A stretch of DNA of 64,000 nucleotides from Thermomicrobiales bacterium. GTDB lineage: Bacteria > Chloroflexota > Chloroflexia > Thermomicrobiales > UBA6265. Numbering within the stretch: position 1 is the first letter of the stretch; each line of letters opens with the position of its first letter. Positions 9,626 to 19,095 of this stretch are shown piece by piece. The notes under the pieces are model-generated. The model was not told the DNA's origin. It saw nothing but the letters and a program-made list of their open reading frames with translations, and ran no database searches. The translations under genes and the position numbers were made by a program. The stretch spans positions 232 to 64,231 of the forward strand of contig JBOGUF010000018.1 of the NCBI GenBank assembly GCA_050696075.1. Direction: 5' to 3'.

Positions 9626-11713
9626 GTGAGCGCAATCGTGCCCAACAGTTTGGCCAACGAAACGAGCCCGTACCTCTTGCAGCACAAGGACAACCCCGTC
9701 GATTGGTACGCGTGGGGGCCGGAGGCGCTGGAGAAGGCGAAGCAAGAGGATAAGCCGATCCTGGTCAGCATCGGCTATTCCGCCTGCCACTGGTGCCATG
9801 TGATGGAGCACGAGTCGTTCGAGGATGAAGCGACGGCGGCCTTGATGAACGAACGGTTCGTCAGCATTAAGGTCGACCGCGAGGAGCGCCCCGACCTCGA
9901 CTCGATCTACATGTCGGCGGTGCAGGCGATGTCGGGGCACGGCGGCTGGCCGCTGAATTGCTTCCTGACGCCGGAAGGCTCGCCCTTCTACGGCGGGACC
10001 TATTGGCCGCCAGATGATCGGATGGGGATGCCGAGCTTCACCAAAGTGCTCGAAGCGGTTAGCGACACCTATCGCAACCGGCGCGAGGAGGTGGTCGAGA
10101 ACGCCAACCAGATCCGCAAATACCTCGTCGAGGCCAGCGCAACCACGCCGAAGCACGACCCGCTCAACGCCGAGATTATCGATCAGGCCGTCCGTGGGCT
10201 GGCGCGGGCCTTCGACCCGGCTAACGGCGGGTTCGGGGCGGCGCCGAAGTTTCCGCAGCCCGCGCTCGTCGAGTTCTTGCTGCGGACGCACCGGCGGTCC
10301 GGCGACGATCGGGCGGCGGCAATGGCCAAGCAGACGCTCGATCGGATGGCGGCTGGGGGCATCTACGACCAGATCGGCGGCGGCTTCCACCGTTACGCCG
10401 TGGACGCGATCTGGCTGGTGCCGCACTTCGAGAAGATGCTCTACGACAACGCGCAACTGGCGCGGGCCTATCTCGACGGCTACCGCGCCCTCGGCGACAA
10501 GCAGTACCGGCTGGTCGCAATCCAGATCCTCGACTACGTTCTGCGAGAGATGACAAGCCCGGACGGCGGGTTGTTCGCGACCCAGGATGCCGATACCGAG
10601 GGCGAGGAAGGGAAGTTCTACGTCTGGTCGAAGGCCGAGTTCGATGAGGTGCTCGAGTCCGATGACGCGATTGTTGTTGCCCGCTACTACGACGTCACCG
10701 ACACGGGGAGCTTCGAGGGACACAACGTGCTCAATGTACCCGAGCCGCCGGTAGACGTTGCGAAGCAGCTTGGCATCACGGCTGAGGCGCTGGAGGAAAC
10801 AGTCGAGCGCGCAAAGGGCAAGCTCTACAAAGCCCGTGAAAAGCGGGTTCGACCCGGCCGCGACGAGAAGGTGCTAACAAGCTGGAATGGGCTGATGTTG
10901 CGGGCGTTTGCCGAGGCGTCGCGGGTTTTTGGCAGGGCAGATTATCGGGATGCGGCTGAGCGAAATGCCACATTTCTGCTGGAGAGACTGTCTCGAGACG
11001 GCAAATTGCTGCACAGCTTTAAGGACGGCGTCGCCAAGATTCCTGCTTTTCTCGACGACTACGCGAACTTGATCGACGGTTTGATCGCGCTCTACGAAGC
11101 GACGTTCGAGCGGCGCTGGCTGGATGAGGCGCTGCGACTGACTGAGACGATGATTGAGGACTTCGCGGACAAAGACGGCGTCGGCTTCTATGATACCGGC
11201 GTCGGGCACGAGGACTTGATCAGCCGGCCGCGCGACCTGCAAGACGGCGCGACGCCGGCCGGGAACTCCGTCGCCGCCTCGGTTTTGCTGAAGCTGGCGG
11301 CGATGACGAGCAATGAGGAGTATCAGCGGCGGGCGACGGCGCTCCTCGGCACGATGGCTCGGCCGATGGCCGAGCATCCGACCGGTTTTGGGCGTTTCCT
11401 TTCGGCGCTCGACGCCTACTTGGCAACGCCGCGTGAAGTCGCCATCGCCGGGAAGCGCGGCGATGCGACAATCGAGGCGTTTGCGGCCGAAGTCTACCGT
11501 CGGTACGAACCGAACGCGGTGATCGGCCTGGCCGATCCGGACGACCCGGCGTTGGCTGAGCGCTTACCGTTCCTCGCCAACCGTCCGATGCGGGACGGCG
11601 CCGTGACCGCCTATCTCTGCGAGCGCTACGCCTGTTTGCCGCCCGTCACCGACCCTGCCGACCTGGCGATCCAGCTCGAACAAGGGACGGGGATCGGGTG
11701 GCAGGAGTTTTAG
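9626..11713 (+). CDS. thioredoxin-domain protein of the YyaL/DUF255 (SSP411-like) family
   Basis: The 695-aa ORF has the N-terminal [52 protein letters not shown]. The remainder is a long alpha/alpha-toroid-like region. Confidence 0.9.
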   Translation: MSAIVPNSLANETSPYLLQHKDNPVDWYAWGPEALEKAKQEDKPILVSIGYSACHWCHVMEHESFEDEATAALMNERFVSIKVDREERPDLDSIYMSAVQAMSGHGGWPLNCFLTPEGSPFYGGTYWPPDDRMGMPSFTKVLEAVSDTYRNRREEVVENANQIRKYLVEASATTPKHDPLNAEIIDQAVRGLARAFDPANGGFGAAPKFPQPALVEFLLRTHRRSGDDRAAAMAKQTLDRMAAGGIYDQIGGGFHRYAVDAIWLVPHFEKMLYDNAQLARAYLDGYRALGDKQYRLVAIQILDYVLREMTSPDGGLFATQDADTEGEEGKFYVWSKAEFDEVLESDDAIVVARYYDVTDTGSFEGHNVLNVPEPPVDVAKQLGITAEALEETVERAKGKLYKAREKRVRPGRDEKVLTSWNGLMLRAFAEASRVFGRADYRDAAERNATFLLERLSRDGKLLHSFKDGVAKIPAFLDDYANLIDGLIALYEATFERRWLDEALRLTETMIEDFADKDGVGFYDTGVGHEDLISRPRDLQDGATPAGNSVAASVLLKLAAMTSNEEYQRRATALLGTMARPMAEHPTGFGRFLSALDAYLATPREVAIAGKRGDATIEAFAAEVYRRYEPNAVIGLADPDDPALAERLPFLANRPMRDGAVTAYLCERYACLPPVTDPADLAIQLEQGTGIGWQEF

Positions 11714-11716
11714 GGG

Positions 11717-12241
11717 ATGCCGACACTGCCAGCGATCTATTCCATTGGACACAGCAATCTTGCGATCGAGGCGTTCATTGAACGTCTCCATCAGAACGGA
11801 GTCGAGGCGATCGTCGACGTGCGGAGCGCGCCGTACAGCCAGTTCAATCCGCGGTTCAACCGGGAGGACTTGGTGCGGTCTCTGGATAGGGCCGGCATCG
11901 CGTACGCCTTTGCCGGTGAGTATCTGGGTGGGCGGCCGAAGGACCCGGCGTGCTACAAGAACGGCGTCGTGCCGGAGGGGAAGGCCGATTACCTCAATCT
12001 GGTCGACTATAAGGCGGTCGCGCGGCTACCCTCCTTCCTGAACGGGCTTGCGCGGCTGCTGGAGATTGCCGGAGAATCGCGCACGGCGATGATGTGCAGC
12101 GAAGAGGATCCAGATCATTGCCACCGCCACCATCTGATTGCGCAATCGTTGCTGGACCGCGACGTCGCTGTGCTGCACATTCGCGGCAATGGCGAGATTG
12201 AGGAAGCGCAACGCGAGGCGGAGCAGTTGAGCTTGCTCTGA
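11717..12241 (+). CDS. DUF488 family protein (paralog 1)
   Basis: The 174-aa ORF starts 4 nt after the yyaL stop. It has IYSIGHSN at the N-terminus and a C-terminal MCSEEDPDHCHRHHLIA (CxE...CHR) signature. Confidence 0.8.
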   Translation: MPTLPAIYSIGHSNLAIEAFIERLHQNGVEAIVDVRSAPYSQFNPRFNREDLVRSLDRAGIAYAFAGEYLGGRPKDPACYKNGVVPEGKADYLNLVDYKAVARLPSFLNGLARLLEIAGESRTAMMCSEEDPDHCHRHHLIAQSLLDRDVAVLHIRGNGEIEEAQREAEQLSLL

Positions 12242-12258
12242 AGCGGAGGATCGGCCCT

Positions 12259-12699
12259 GTGCGGATCTATACCATCGGCTTTACCCGAAAACCCGCCGAA
12301 CGGTTTTTTGAGCTGATCCGCACCAACGGCGTCGAGCGCCTCGTCGACATTCGCCTCCATCCCGACGGCCAACTCGCCGGGTTCGCGAAGAAGGGCGATC
12401 TGCCCTACTTCCTGCGCGAGCTCGCGGGTTGCGACTATGAACATTGTCCGATTCTGGCTCCGACCTCGGAAATATTCACCGACTACCGCAAGGATCATCG
12501 CTGGGACCGGTACGTTGAACGGTTCGAGGCGTTGATGGACGATCGAGGGATTCCGGGCGCGTTAGATCGGCAGAAGTTCGAGGCGATCACGTCCTGTTTG
12601 CTGTGCAGCGAGCACACGCCGGATCAGTGCCATCGTCGGCTGGTGGCGGAGCGCTTGGCGGCAGCGTGGCCGGGGACCGAGATCGTCCATCTCGTGTAG
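12259..12699 (+). CDS. DUF488 family protein (paralog 2)
   Basis: The 146-aa ORF has IYTIGFT at the N-terminus and a C-terminal LLCSEHTPDQCHRRLVAERL. It lies 17 nt after paralog 1. Confidence 0.8.
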   Translation: MRIYTIGFTRKPAERFFELIRTNGVERLVDIRLHPDGQLAGFAKKGDLPYFLRELAGCDYEHCPILAPTSEIFTDYRKDHRWDRYVERFEALMDDRGIPGALDRQKFEAITSCLLCSEHTPDQCHRRLVAERLAAAWPGTEIVHLV

Positions 12700-12717
12700 C
12701 GAGGCAGGAGCCGGGCC

Positions 12718-13521
12718 GTGGCGAGGCGACCGGTCATCATCACCGACCTGACGCGCATGGGCGGCGAGCGTGTCTGCATCGCCGGGTACGTGAAGGAAGG
12801 CTTGGACGCCTATTCCTGCGTCCGACCACTCTTTCGCAACGGCACGCTCGACGAGCGGTGGCTTTACGTCCATGGCGATCCGGTCGTGCGGCCATTCGCG
12901 GTCGTCGAGCTCGACTTCGTCCAGGCCCGGCCGCAACCGCCGCACACGGAAGACTGGCACGTCGCGCCGGGTCATCGCGAGCGGATTCGCCTGTTGGACG
13001 AAGACGAGCGTTGGGATCTGCTGACCAGGATCGATGACGGCGCGGTCTCGGAGATCTTCGGTACGGAGATTCACCACGAGGTTGGCGATTACTTACTCGA
13101 CGGCCAAGGCAGCCGTTCGCTCGGTACGATCTTTCCTGCCCGCGTCAACGAGGTGGTCTACGGGCCACGTCCTGTTACAAATCGGTGGGAATACCGGATC
13201 GGCTTCGAGGACCAATCGGGGCGTGGCTACCGGTTGACCGTGACCGATTTGGCCTTTCGGTATGGTCTTGACCATGCGCGGACGGAACGCGTACTGTCGC
13301 CGACCAAACTATCTGAGCGGATGACTGCCTTCTTTCAACGAGCTGACCACGTCGCGTTGCGGATTGGGTTGGCGCGGGGATGGGAGAAGCATCCAGAGCG
13401 GTGCTATTTGCAGATTACGGGGGTGTATACGCGGCCGGATTACCTGAGCGGTCGGTGTCATGCCGATTTTCATCGGCCGGAAGCGCTGGAGCCGTTGGAT
13501 TTGGCGGACGTGCCGTTTTGA
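12718..13521 (+). CDS. conserved hypothetical protein (possibly the dual-OB-type partner of DUF488 proteins)
   Basis: The 267-aa ORF lies 18 nt after DUF488 paralog 2. Its composition is protein-like (VIITDLTRMGGERVCIAGY...). The family assignment is from uncertain memory only. Confidence 0.55.
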   Translation: MARRPVIITDLTRMGGERVCIAGYVKEGLDAYSCVRPLFRNGTLDERWLYVHGDPVVRPFAVVELDFVQARPQPPHTEDWHVAPGHRERIRLLDEDERWDLLTRIDDGAVSEIFGTEIHHEVGDYLLDGQGSRSLGTIFPARVNEVVYGPRPVTNRWEYRIGFEDQSGRGYRLTVTDLAFRYGLDHARTERVLSPTKLSERMTAFFQRADHVALRIGLARGWEKHPERCYLQITGVYTRPDYLSGRCHADFHRPEALEPLDLADVPF

Positions 13522-13537
13522 TTGACGTACGCCTGTT

Positions 13538-14314
13538 TCAGTGAATGCGGGAGCGAGCGGTGACGGGGTTGCGGAGGGTGCCGATGCCGCCGACGGTAAC
13601 GTCGATGACGTCGCCAGGGGTGAGGGGGCCGACGCCGAAGGGGGTGCCGGTCATGATGACGTCGCCGGGGTGCAGGGTCATGATGTGGGAGATGAAGCTT
13701 ATCAGGAAGGGGATAGGAAAGAGCATGTCGGCGGTGGTGGCGGACTGGCGAACTTCGCCGTTGAGGCGTGATTCGACCTTGACGCTCGTCGGGTCGAGGT
13801 CAGTTTCGATCCAGGGACCGAGGGGGCAGTAGGTATCGAAGCCTTTAGCGCGGACCCGTTGCCCATCCTTGCCCTGGAGGGTGCGATCGGAGACATCGTT
13901 GCCGCAGGTGTAGCCGAGGACGTGGTTCAGGGCACCGGATTCCGGGGCTCGTCGTGAAGTGCGGCCGATGACGACGACGACCTCGGCCTCGTAGTGGGTC
14001 GGGTGGTCGAGGTGGGCAATCTCGATCGGCTGGTCCGGGCCGATCACGGCCGACGGCGGTTTCATGAAGATGACCGGCTCGTCGGGGATCTGGCGGGTAG
14101 CGTCGCGCTCGGTGACGAGGGCCGCGTAGTTGAGACCGACACAGACGATCTTGCCGGGATCGAGCGGCGCCATGAGGTTGATCGACGCCAGCGGCCCGAT
14201 CTCGTCGCCCTTTGCCAGAGCGGCGAAGAGGTCGCCATTGGCGGCAAAGACGGTCTTGTGTTCGACGACTCCCATTGCCGGGCCGTCGTGCCCGACGTAG
14301 CGTACGATCCTCAT
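13538..14314 (-). CDS. fumarylacetoacetate hydrolase (FAH) family protein
   Basis: Starts at MRIVRY (ATG at 14314). Motifs: KIVCVGLNY, IFMKPPSAVIGP, YEAEVVVVIG, GYTCGNDVSDR, PGDVIMTGTPFGVGP. Confidence 0.85.
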   Translation of the reverse strand: MRIVRYVGHDGPAMGVVEHKTVFAANGDLFAALAKGDEIGPLASINLMAPLDPGKIVCVGLNYAALVTERDATRQIPDEPVIFMKPPSAVIGPDQPIEIAHLDHPTHYEAEVVVVIGRTSRRAPESGALNHVLGYTCGNDVSDRTLQGKDGQRVRAKGFDTYCPLGPWIETDLDPTSVKVESRLNGEVRQSATTADMLFPIPFLISFISHIMTLHPGDVIMTGTPFGVGPLTPGDVIDVTVGGIGTLRNPVTARSRIH

Positions 14315-14369
14315 CCTTGACCTCTCGGTGACTTTTCCCAATCCAGCACGCCTATTTTGCATGAGATGT

Positions 14370-14390
14370 GTGCTTCGTGCTTCGTGTTTC
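14370..14390. repeat. heptamer tandem repeat GTGCTTC x3 (third copy GTGTTTC)
   Basis: Read directly in the divergent FAH/SCO1664-like intergenic region. A TAGAAT -10-like hexamer follows at 14406-14411. Confidence 0.6.
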
Positions 14391-14493
14391 GATGCCTGAC
14401 CGGGGTAGAATCCGAACGGGTCCGCGCGGCCGTATGATCTTCCACCGGCCGCACGGCACGAGGCGCGGACGACGAATAGTTGGACACGGAACG

Positions 14494-15270
14494 ATGCCCG
14501 ACCTTTTCCTCGAATTGCGGCATAGCGACAACGAGGCGGGCGCAACGCCGCCCCCACCCCTCTCGGAAGCGGACGCGCTGGTGTTGCTGCGGGAGTCGGA
14601 GATCGTCGCCAGCCGCTTGATCCCGTGGGGATCGAACTACTCCTTTGCCGTCGCCCTGGAAGCGCCGGACGGGCGGGATCAGCTCGCCATCTACAAGCCG
14701 CGCAGCGGCGAGGCGCCGCTCTACGATTTTCCGGACGGCACCCTCTACCTGCGGGAGACGGCCGCCTATCTGCTCAGCAAGCTCCTCGGCTGGGACTTCG
14801 TGCCGCCGACGATCGTGCGCGGCGGTCCGCACGGCATCGGCAGCCTTCAGCTTTATGTTTATCCAGAAGCGGAGTCCGCGGCGAGCCAGGAGTATTGGCA
14901 GGGCTGCGCGCCGGAGATCGAGCGGGTCGTCCTCTTCGACCACATCGCTAACAACGCCGACCGCAAGAACGGGCATTGCCTGCGGGATCAGTTCGGCCAG
15001 GTGTGGGGGATCGACCACGGCCTGACCTTCAATCAGGCGCCGAAGATGCGGACCGTCCTTTGGCAGTACGTCGGACAACCGATCAACCTGGCGTTTCTCG
15101 ACGACTTGGTCGCCTTGCGTCGTCGCGAACCGGAGGTCCGCGCGACGCTGCGCGACTACCTCATCCGGGCCGAAGTCGACGCCCTCTTTGCCCGCACAGA
15201 CCGTCTTATCGAGTCGGGGCACTATCCCCTGCTCAACCCGCGCCGCAATATCCCCTACGGCTGGTGGTGA
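14494..15270 (+). CDS. SCO1664-family protein (PI3/4-kinase-like fold)
   Basis: It has the kinase-like catalytic block FDHIANNADRKNGHCL and IDHGLTF. The N-terminus reads IPWGSNYSFAVALE...AIYKP. The track ORF starts at 14368; the ATG at 14494 is more plausible. Confidence 0.7.
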   Translation: MPDLFLELRHSDNEAGATPPPPLSEADALVLLRESEIVASRLIPWGSNYSFAVALEAPDGRDQLAIYKPRSGEAPLYDFPDGTLYLRETAAYLLSKLLGWDFVPPTIVRGGPHGIGSLQLYVYPEAESAASQEYWQGCAPEIERVVLFDHIANNADRKNGHCLRDQFGQVWGIDHGLTFNQAPKMRTVLWQYVGQPINLAFLDDLVALRRREPEVRATLRDYLIRAEVDALFARTDRLIESGHYPLLNPRRNIPYGWW

Positions 15271-15447
15271 GGAATCAGCGGTTGCTGTTCCGCGTCGGTC
15301 GTGCCGGAACGGTGCGATCTTGACAGGCTCGCGTCACGGGGATACGTTGAACGTCGTCCGTTCCCTTCGCGCGAGTATTGGACCAGGCCCGACGAACGGG
15401 CCGGCCGCGAGGGTATTCGCTTCGAGGATGCAGCGAGAGGAGGAACA

Positions 15448-16755
15448 ATGATGTCGCGGGAGAGAATGCTTGCTCACCATGGGGTCGATTCGCGCTTCTT
15501 CAGCCGGCGTGACGTGTTGAAGTCGGTCCTCGTTTCGGGCGGGGCCGTTGCCTGGGTTGGGTTCGGAGGCGCGCCGAAGCTTGCGGCGCAAGATCAGGTC
15601 ACGATCAAGCAGTGGTACCACCAGTACGGTGAGGAGGGGACGCAGGAGGCGGCGTTCCGGTATGCCGAGGAGTTCACGGCGGCGCACCCTGATATCGCGG
15701 TCGAAGTGACGTGGGTGCCGGGCGACTATGGCTCCGCGCTGTCGGCGGCGCTGCTGACCGATGAAGGGCCGGACGTCTACGAGACCTCCCCGACGGTGGC
15801 GATGGTCAAGGCGGAGCAGTGCGCGCCGCTCGACGACCTCTACACCGAGGAGGTCAAGGCCGACTTCCACCCGAACAACATCGCCGTCAACACGATCGGC
15901 GAGAACATCTACGGCATCAAGATGATCGACGACATGGGGATGCTCTACTACCGGACGAGCATCCTCGAGGCCGCGGGCGTGGCGCCGCCGACGACGATGG
16001 ACGAGGTCATCGCGGCGGCCCAGGCGCTCGACACCGGTCGCCAGAAGGGGTTGTTCCTGGGGAACGACGGCGGCATCGCCGCGCTGTTGACGATCGCCCC
16101 TTGGTCGGCCGGCAGCGACTTCCTCGATCCGGCCGAAGGCCAGATCATCTTCAGCAACGAGCGGACCGTTCTCGCGTACCAGAAGGTCAAGGAGCTCAAC
16201 GACTCCGGCGCACTCCTGATTGGCGCGCCGACCGACTGGTGGGACCCGTCGGCCTTCACCCAGGGGCTGTCAGCGATGCAATGGACCGGGCTCTGGGCGA
16301 TGCCGGGGATCCGGGCCGCGATTGGCGACGACTTCGGCGTGCTGCCGTGGCCGGCGCTCGACGCTGAAGGGACGCCGGCGACCTTCTGGGGCGGGTGGAA
16401 CGAGCTGGTCAACGGTCAGACGCGGTACATGGAGCAGGCCAAGCGGCTGGCGAGCTGGCTCTGGATCGAGAACACGGATATCCAGCAGGACTGGTCGCTC
16501 AGCTACGGCTTCCACGTGCCGCCGCGGCAGAGCGCGGCGGCGTCGGCCGAGCCGCTGCAGGATGGGCCGCCGGCCGAAGCGGTCACGTTCCTGAACGACC
16601 ACGGGCGGATCATGCCGCCGCAGTGGACGGGGGCGATGGGCACGCTCCTCACCACGGCGGTCACGAATATCGTCAAGAACAACGCCGACGCGGCTGCCGA
16701 GGTGGCCTCCGCCGCCGAGCAGTGCCAGGCCGAGCTGGATCAAGTGCTGGCGTAG
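15448..16755 (+). CDS. ABC transporter extracellular solute-binding protein (carbohydrate type, family 1)
   Basis: It has a Tat-like signal (SRRDVLKSVLVSGGAVAWVG). The length and composition are typical of a sugar-binding protein, and two sugar-permease genes follow. Confidence 0.85.
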   Translation: MMSRERMLAHHGVDSRFFSRRDVLKSVLVSGGAVAWVGFGGAPKLAAQDQVTIKQWYHQYGEEGTQEAAFRYAEEFTAAHPDIAVEVTWVPGDYGSALSAALLTDEGPDVYETSPTVAMVKAEQCAPLDDLYTEEVKADFHPNNIAVNTIGENIYGIKMIDDMGMLYYRTSILEAAGVAPPTTMDEVIAAAQALDTGRQKGLFLGNDGGIAALLTIAPWSAGSDFLDPAEGQIIFSNERTVLAYQKVKELNDSGALLIGAPTDWWDPSAFTQGLSAMQWTGLWAMPGIRAAIGDDFGVLPWPALDAEGTPATFWGGWNELVNGQTRYMEQAKRLASWLWIENTDIQQDWSLSYGFHVPPRQSAAASAEPLQDGPPAEAVTFLNDHGRIMPPQWTGAMGTLLTTAVTNIVKNNADAAAEVASAAEQCQAELDQVLA

Positions 16756-17111
16756 GCCGCGAGCGCTTACCGTCATTCTGAACGCGCCCAACGACGTCTG
16801 GAGTGCTCGCACCGTCATGCTGACCGAAGGGAAGCATCCCCCGGCGCAGCCGCTCCGTCGTGCTCCCCCAGGATTGGGGGTCGGGGGGCCGCTGCGCTTC
16901 GCGCGGGGATGTTTCGATACCTCAGCATGACGGCTTGGCCGTGACAGACTACTGAGCTTGTCGAAGGATCCGCCTCTACCTAACCAAAATTCTCACCAAA
17001 GGCGGATTCCTCGACAAGCTCGGAATGACGATGGAGGCGGTCGGGATGACCGCGGCGCGCGGCATGACGGGGTGCGTGTGCGGCGCGATTGCCTGGAGAG
17101 AGGCGGACCGG
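16756..17111. repeat. repeat-rich intercistronic spacer with MITE-like inverted repeats
   Basis: The 12-mer CCGTCATGCTGA at 16812-16823 has an exact inverted copy at 16922-16933. A 1-mismatch direct copy lies at 16770-16781 and a partial inverted copy at 17062-17070. A 21-nt imperfect hairpin (19/21) pairs 16954-16974 with 17001-17021. Confidence 0.6.
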
Positions 17112-18086
17112 ATGAGCGTGAGAGCCAGCGATGCCGGGCACGCGGGTGCGGGACCCTTTTGGAAACAGCAAAAGTGGGAAGCGACGATCGCCTTCTGGGT
17201 GCTGATGGCCCCGATGCTGATCGGCCTGGGTCTCTTCGTCTTCGCGCCGATCGTCTGGGGTTTCTTGATCAGCCTGTCGGAAGCGCGCAATACGGTCAGC
17301 ATCAGCGAGTTCGTCGGTTTTCAGAATTACGTTGACATTCTGCGCGACAGCGCGTTCCGCAAGGCGATGCGGACGGGCGTGATCTTTACCGCCTTCATCG
17401 TGCCGCTGACATTTGTGTTTTCGCTCGGGCTAGCGATGCTGGTGAACGGCGCCGGCTTCGGCCGACCGGTCTTCCGCACCATCTTCTTTATTCCGACCGC
17501 GGTTTCGTATGTCATCGCGTCGCTCGTCTGGAAGACAAGCATCTTCAACGGCACGCCCTACGGCGTCGCCAACTTGGCGCTGTACGAGTGGTTCGGCTAC
17601 GAAAAGGTGATCTCGTGGATCTCGCCGCCCGCGGGCGATCCGCCCTGGTATTGGCTGGTCTTGGTGACTGTTCGGCTCTGGCTCCAGGTCGGTTTCTACA
17701 TGATCATCTTCATCGCCGGGTTGCAGGAGATTCCGCGCGACCTCTACGAAGCAGCGTACGTTGACGGGGCGCGGTCCGGTTGGACGACTTTCCGCACGAT
17801 CACGTTGCCGTTGTTGCGCAACACCTCGATCGCCGTGCTGCTGCTCAACTTCATCGCCGCCTTCCAGGCGTTCGACGAGTTTGCCAACATCTTTGGCAGC
17901 ACCGGCGCCTCGGCCGGCAACGTAGGGCTGGCCCGACCGCCGCTGATCTACCTCTTTCAGATTGGGCTGAATAACCAGAACTACGGGCTGGCTTCGGCCG
18001 GCGCGTTCATCCTGACCGCGCTGATCATCGCCGTGACGCTCGTGCAGGGGCGCATCTTCGGATTCGGCCGGTCGACGGCGGCCTAA
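17112..18086 (+). CDS. carbohydrate ABC transporter permease (MalF/UgpA-like)
   Basis: It is a multi-TM protein with the EAA-loop region LQEIPRDLYEAAYVDGA. The start was chosen at MSVRASD (ATG 17112) within track ORF 17025..18086. Confidence 0.85.
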   Translation: MSVRASDAGHAGAGPFWKQQKWEATIAFWVLMAPMLIGLGLFVFAPIVWGFLISLSEARNTVSISEFVGFQNYVDILRDSAFRKAMRTGVIFTAFIVPLTFVFSLGLAMLVNGAGFGRPVFRTIFFIPTAVSYVIASLVWKTSIFNGTPYGVANLALYEWFGYEKVISWISPPAGDPPWYWLVLVTVRLWLQVGFYMIIFIAGLQEIPRDLYEAAYVDGARSGWTTFRTITLPLLRNTSIAVLLLNFIAAFQAFDEFANIFGSTGASAGNVGLARPPLIYLFQIGLNNQNYGLASAGAFILTALIIAVTLVQGRIFGFGRSTAA

Positions 18087-18098
18087 GGAGGGGATGCG

Positions 18099-19007
18099 AT
18101 GGCAACCATCACCGACACTTCCGCCACCGTTGAGCGCGGCCGGCCGCTCGTCGTGCCGCGAGGCCGAGGGCGCGATTACGCCCGCTACATCGGCGCGATC
18201 CTGCGCTACTCGTTGCTGATCGCACTTTCGCTCATCTTCCTCTTTCCTTTCTACCTCGTCGTCCGCAATGGGCTGATGACCCAGCCGGAGATTACCGGGT
18301 TCGAATGGAAGTGGTGGCCGGCCTCGCCGCAATGGGAGAACTTCACCACCCTATTCGACGATCCGCTGGTGCCGATGGCGACCGGGTTGCGGAACTCGGC
18401 GATTCTGGCGGTGATCAACCTGGTCTTTCAGACGCTTTTTGCCTCGATGGCGGGGTATGCGCTGGCACGGATTCGGGCCCGGGGGAGCGGCGTCGTCTTC
18501 TTCGTGCTTTTGACGACGTTGATGGTGCCGAGCGCCGTCACGTTTATTCCGAGTTATGTCGTGCTGGATCGCCTGGGTGGGGTCGGGACGTTGTGGGGGA
18601 TCGTCGTACCGGGCCTGTTCAATGCCTTTGCGACGTTCCTCTTTCGGCAGTTCTATCTCGACTTCCCGGTCGAGATCGAGGAGGCGGCGCGCCTCGACGG
18701 ATTGAGCTATTTCGGGATCTACCGGGCGATGATCCTGCCCAATTCGATGGGGATCATGATGGCGCTCGGTGTCCTCAGCTTCATCTATAGCTGGAATGCG
18801 TTCCTCTGGCCCCTGGTGGTGGCGCGGGCGGACCAGTCGGTCTGGACCGTGCAAATCGTACTCTCGACCTACCTGACGGCGCAGACGATCAATCTGCCGG
18901 CCCTCTTTATGGGCGCCTTGGTCGGCGCGGCGCCGCTCATCGCGGTCTTCCTGATTATGCAGCGGTACATCGTGCAAGGGGTGCGCCTATCGGGGATCAA
19001 GGGGTAG
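18099..19007 (+). CDS. carbohydrate ABC transporter permease (MalG/UgpE-like)
   Basis: The 302-aa ORF has an EAA loop (EIEEAARLDGLSYFGIYRAMILP) and six hydrophobic spans. Confidence 0.9.
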   Translation: MATITDTSATVERGRPLVVPRGRGRDYARYIGAILRYSLLIALSLIFLFPFYLVVRNGLMTQPEITGFEWKWWPASPQWENFTTLFDDPLVPMATGLRNSAILAVINLVFQTLFASMAGYALARIRARGSGVVFFVLLTTLMVPSAVTFIPSYVVLDRLGGVGTLWGIVVPGLFNAFATFLFRQFYLDFPVEIEEAARLDGLSYFGIYRAMILPNSMGIMMALGVLSFIYSWNAFLWPLVVARADQSVWTVQIVLSTYLTAQTINLPALFMGALVGAAPLIAVFLIMQRYIVQGVRLSGIKG

Positions 19008-19016
19008 ACGGAGGAG

Positions 19017-19078
19017 TCAGGGGTCGGGGGTCAGGAGTCAGGAGTCAGGAGTCAGGGTCGGAGGTCGGGAGTTAGGGA
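19017..19078. repeat. tandem heptamer array TCRGGRG (about 9 units, 3 perfect TCAGGAG)
   Basis: Read directly: tcagggg tcggggg tcaggag tcaggag tcaggag tcaggg tcggagg tcgggag ttaggga. It lies between the permease stop and the GH2 start. Confidence 0.8.
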
Positions 19079-19095
19079 CGACGAGGAGCTACTTC

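Noticed and set aside
9500-10723. The N-terminal ~400 codons of track ORF 8615..10723 (702 aa).
   Set aside because: Only the last 289 codons are ProC. The upstream part is antisense to the well-supported YyaL gene and reads as low-complexity Arg/Val/Pro sequence.
19017-19078. The heptamer arrays as a CRISPR or minisatellite locus.
   Set aside because: The units are 7 nt with no spacers and no cas genes. This is a simple tandem repeat, not CRISPR.
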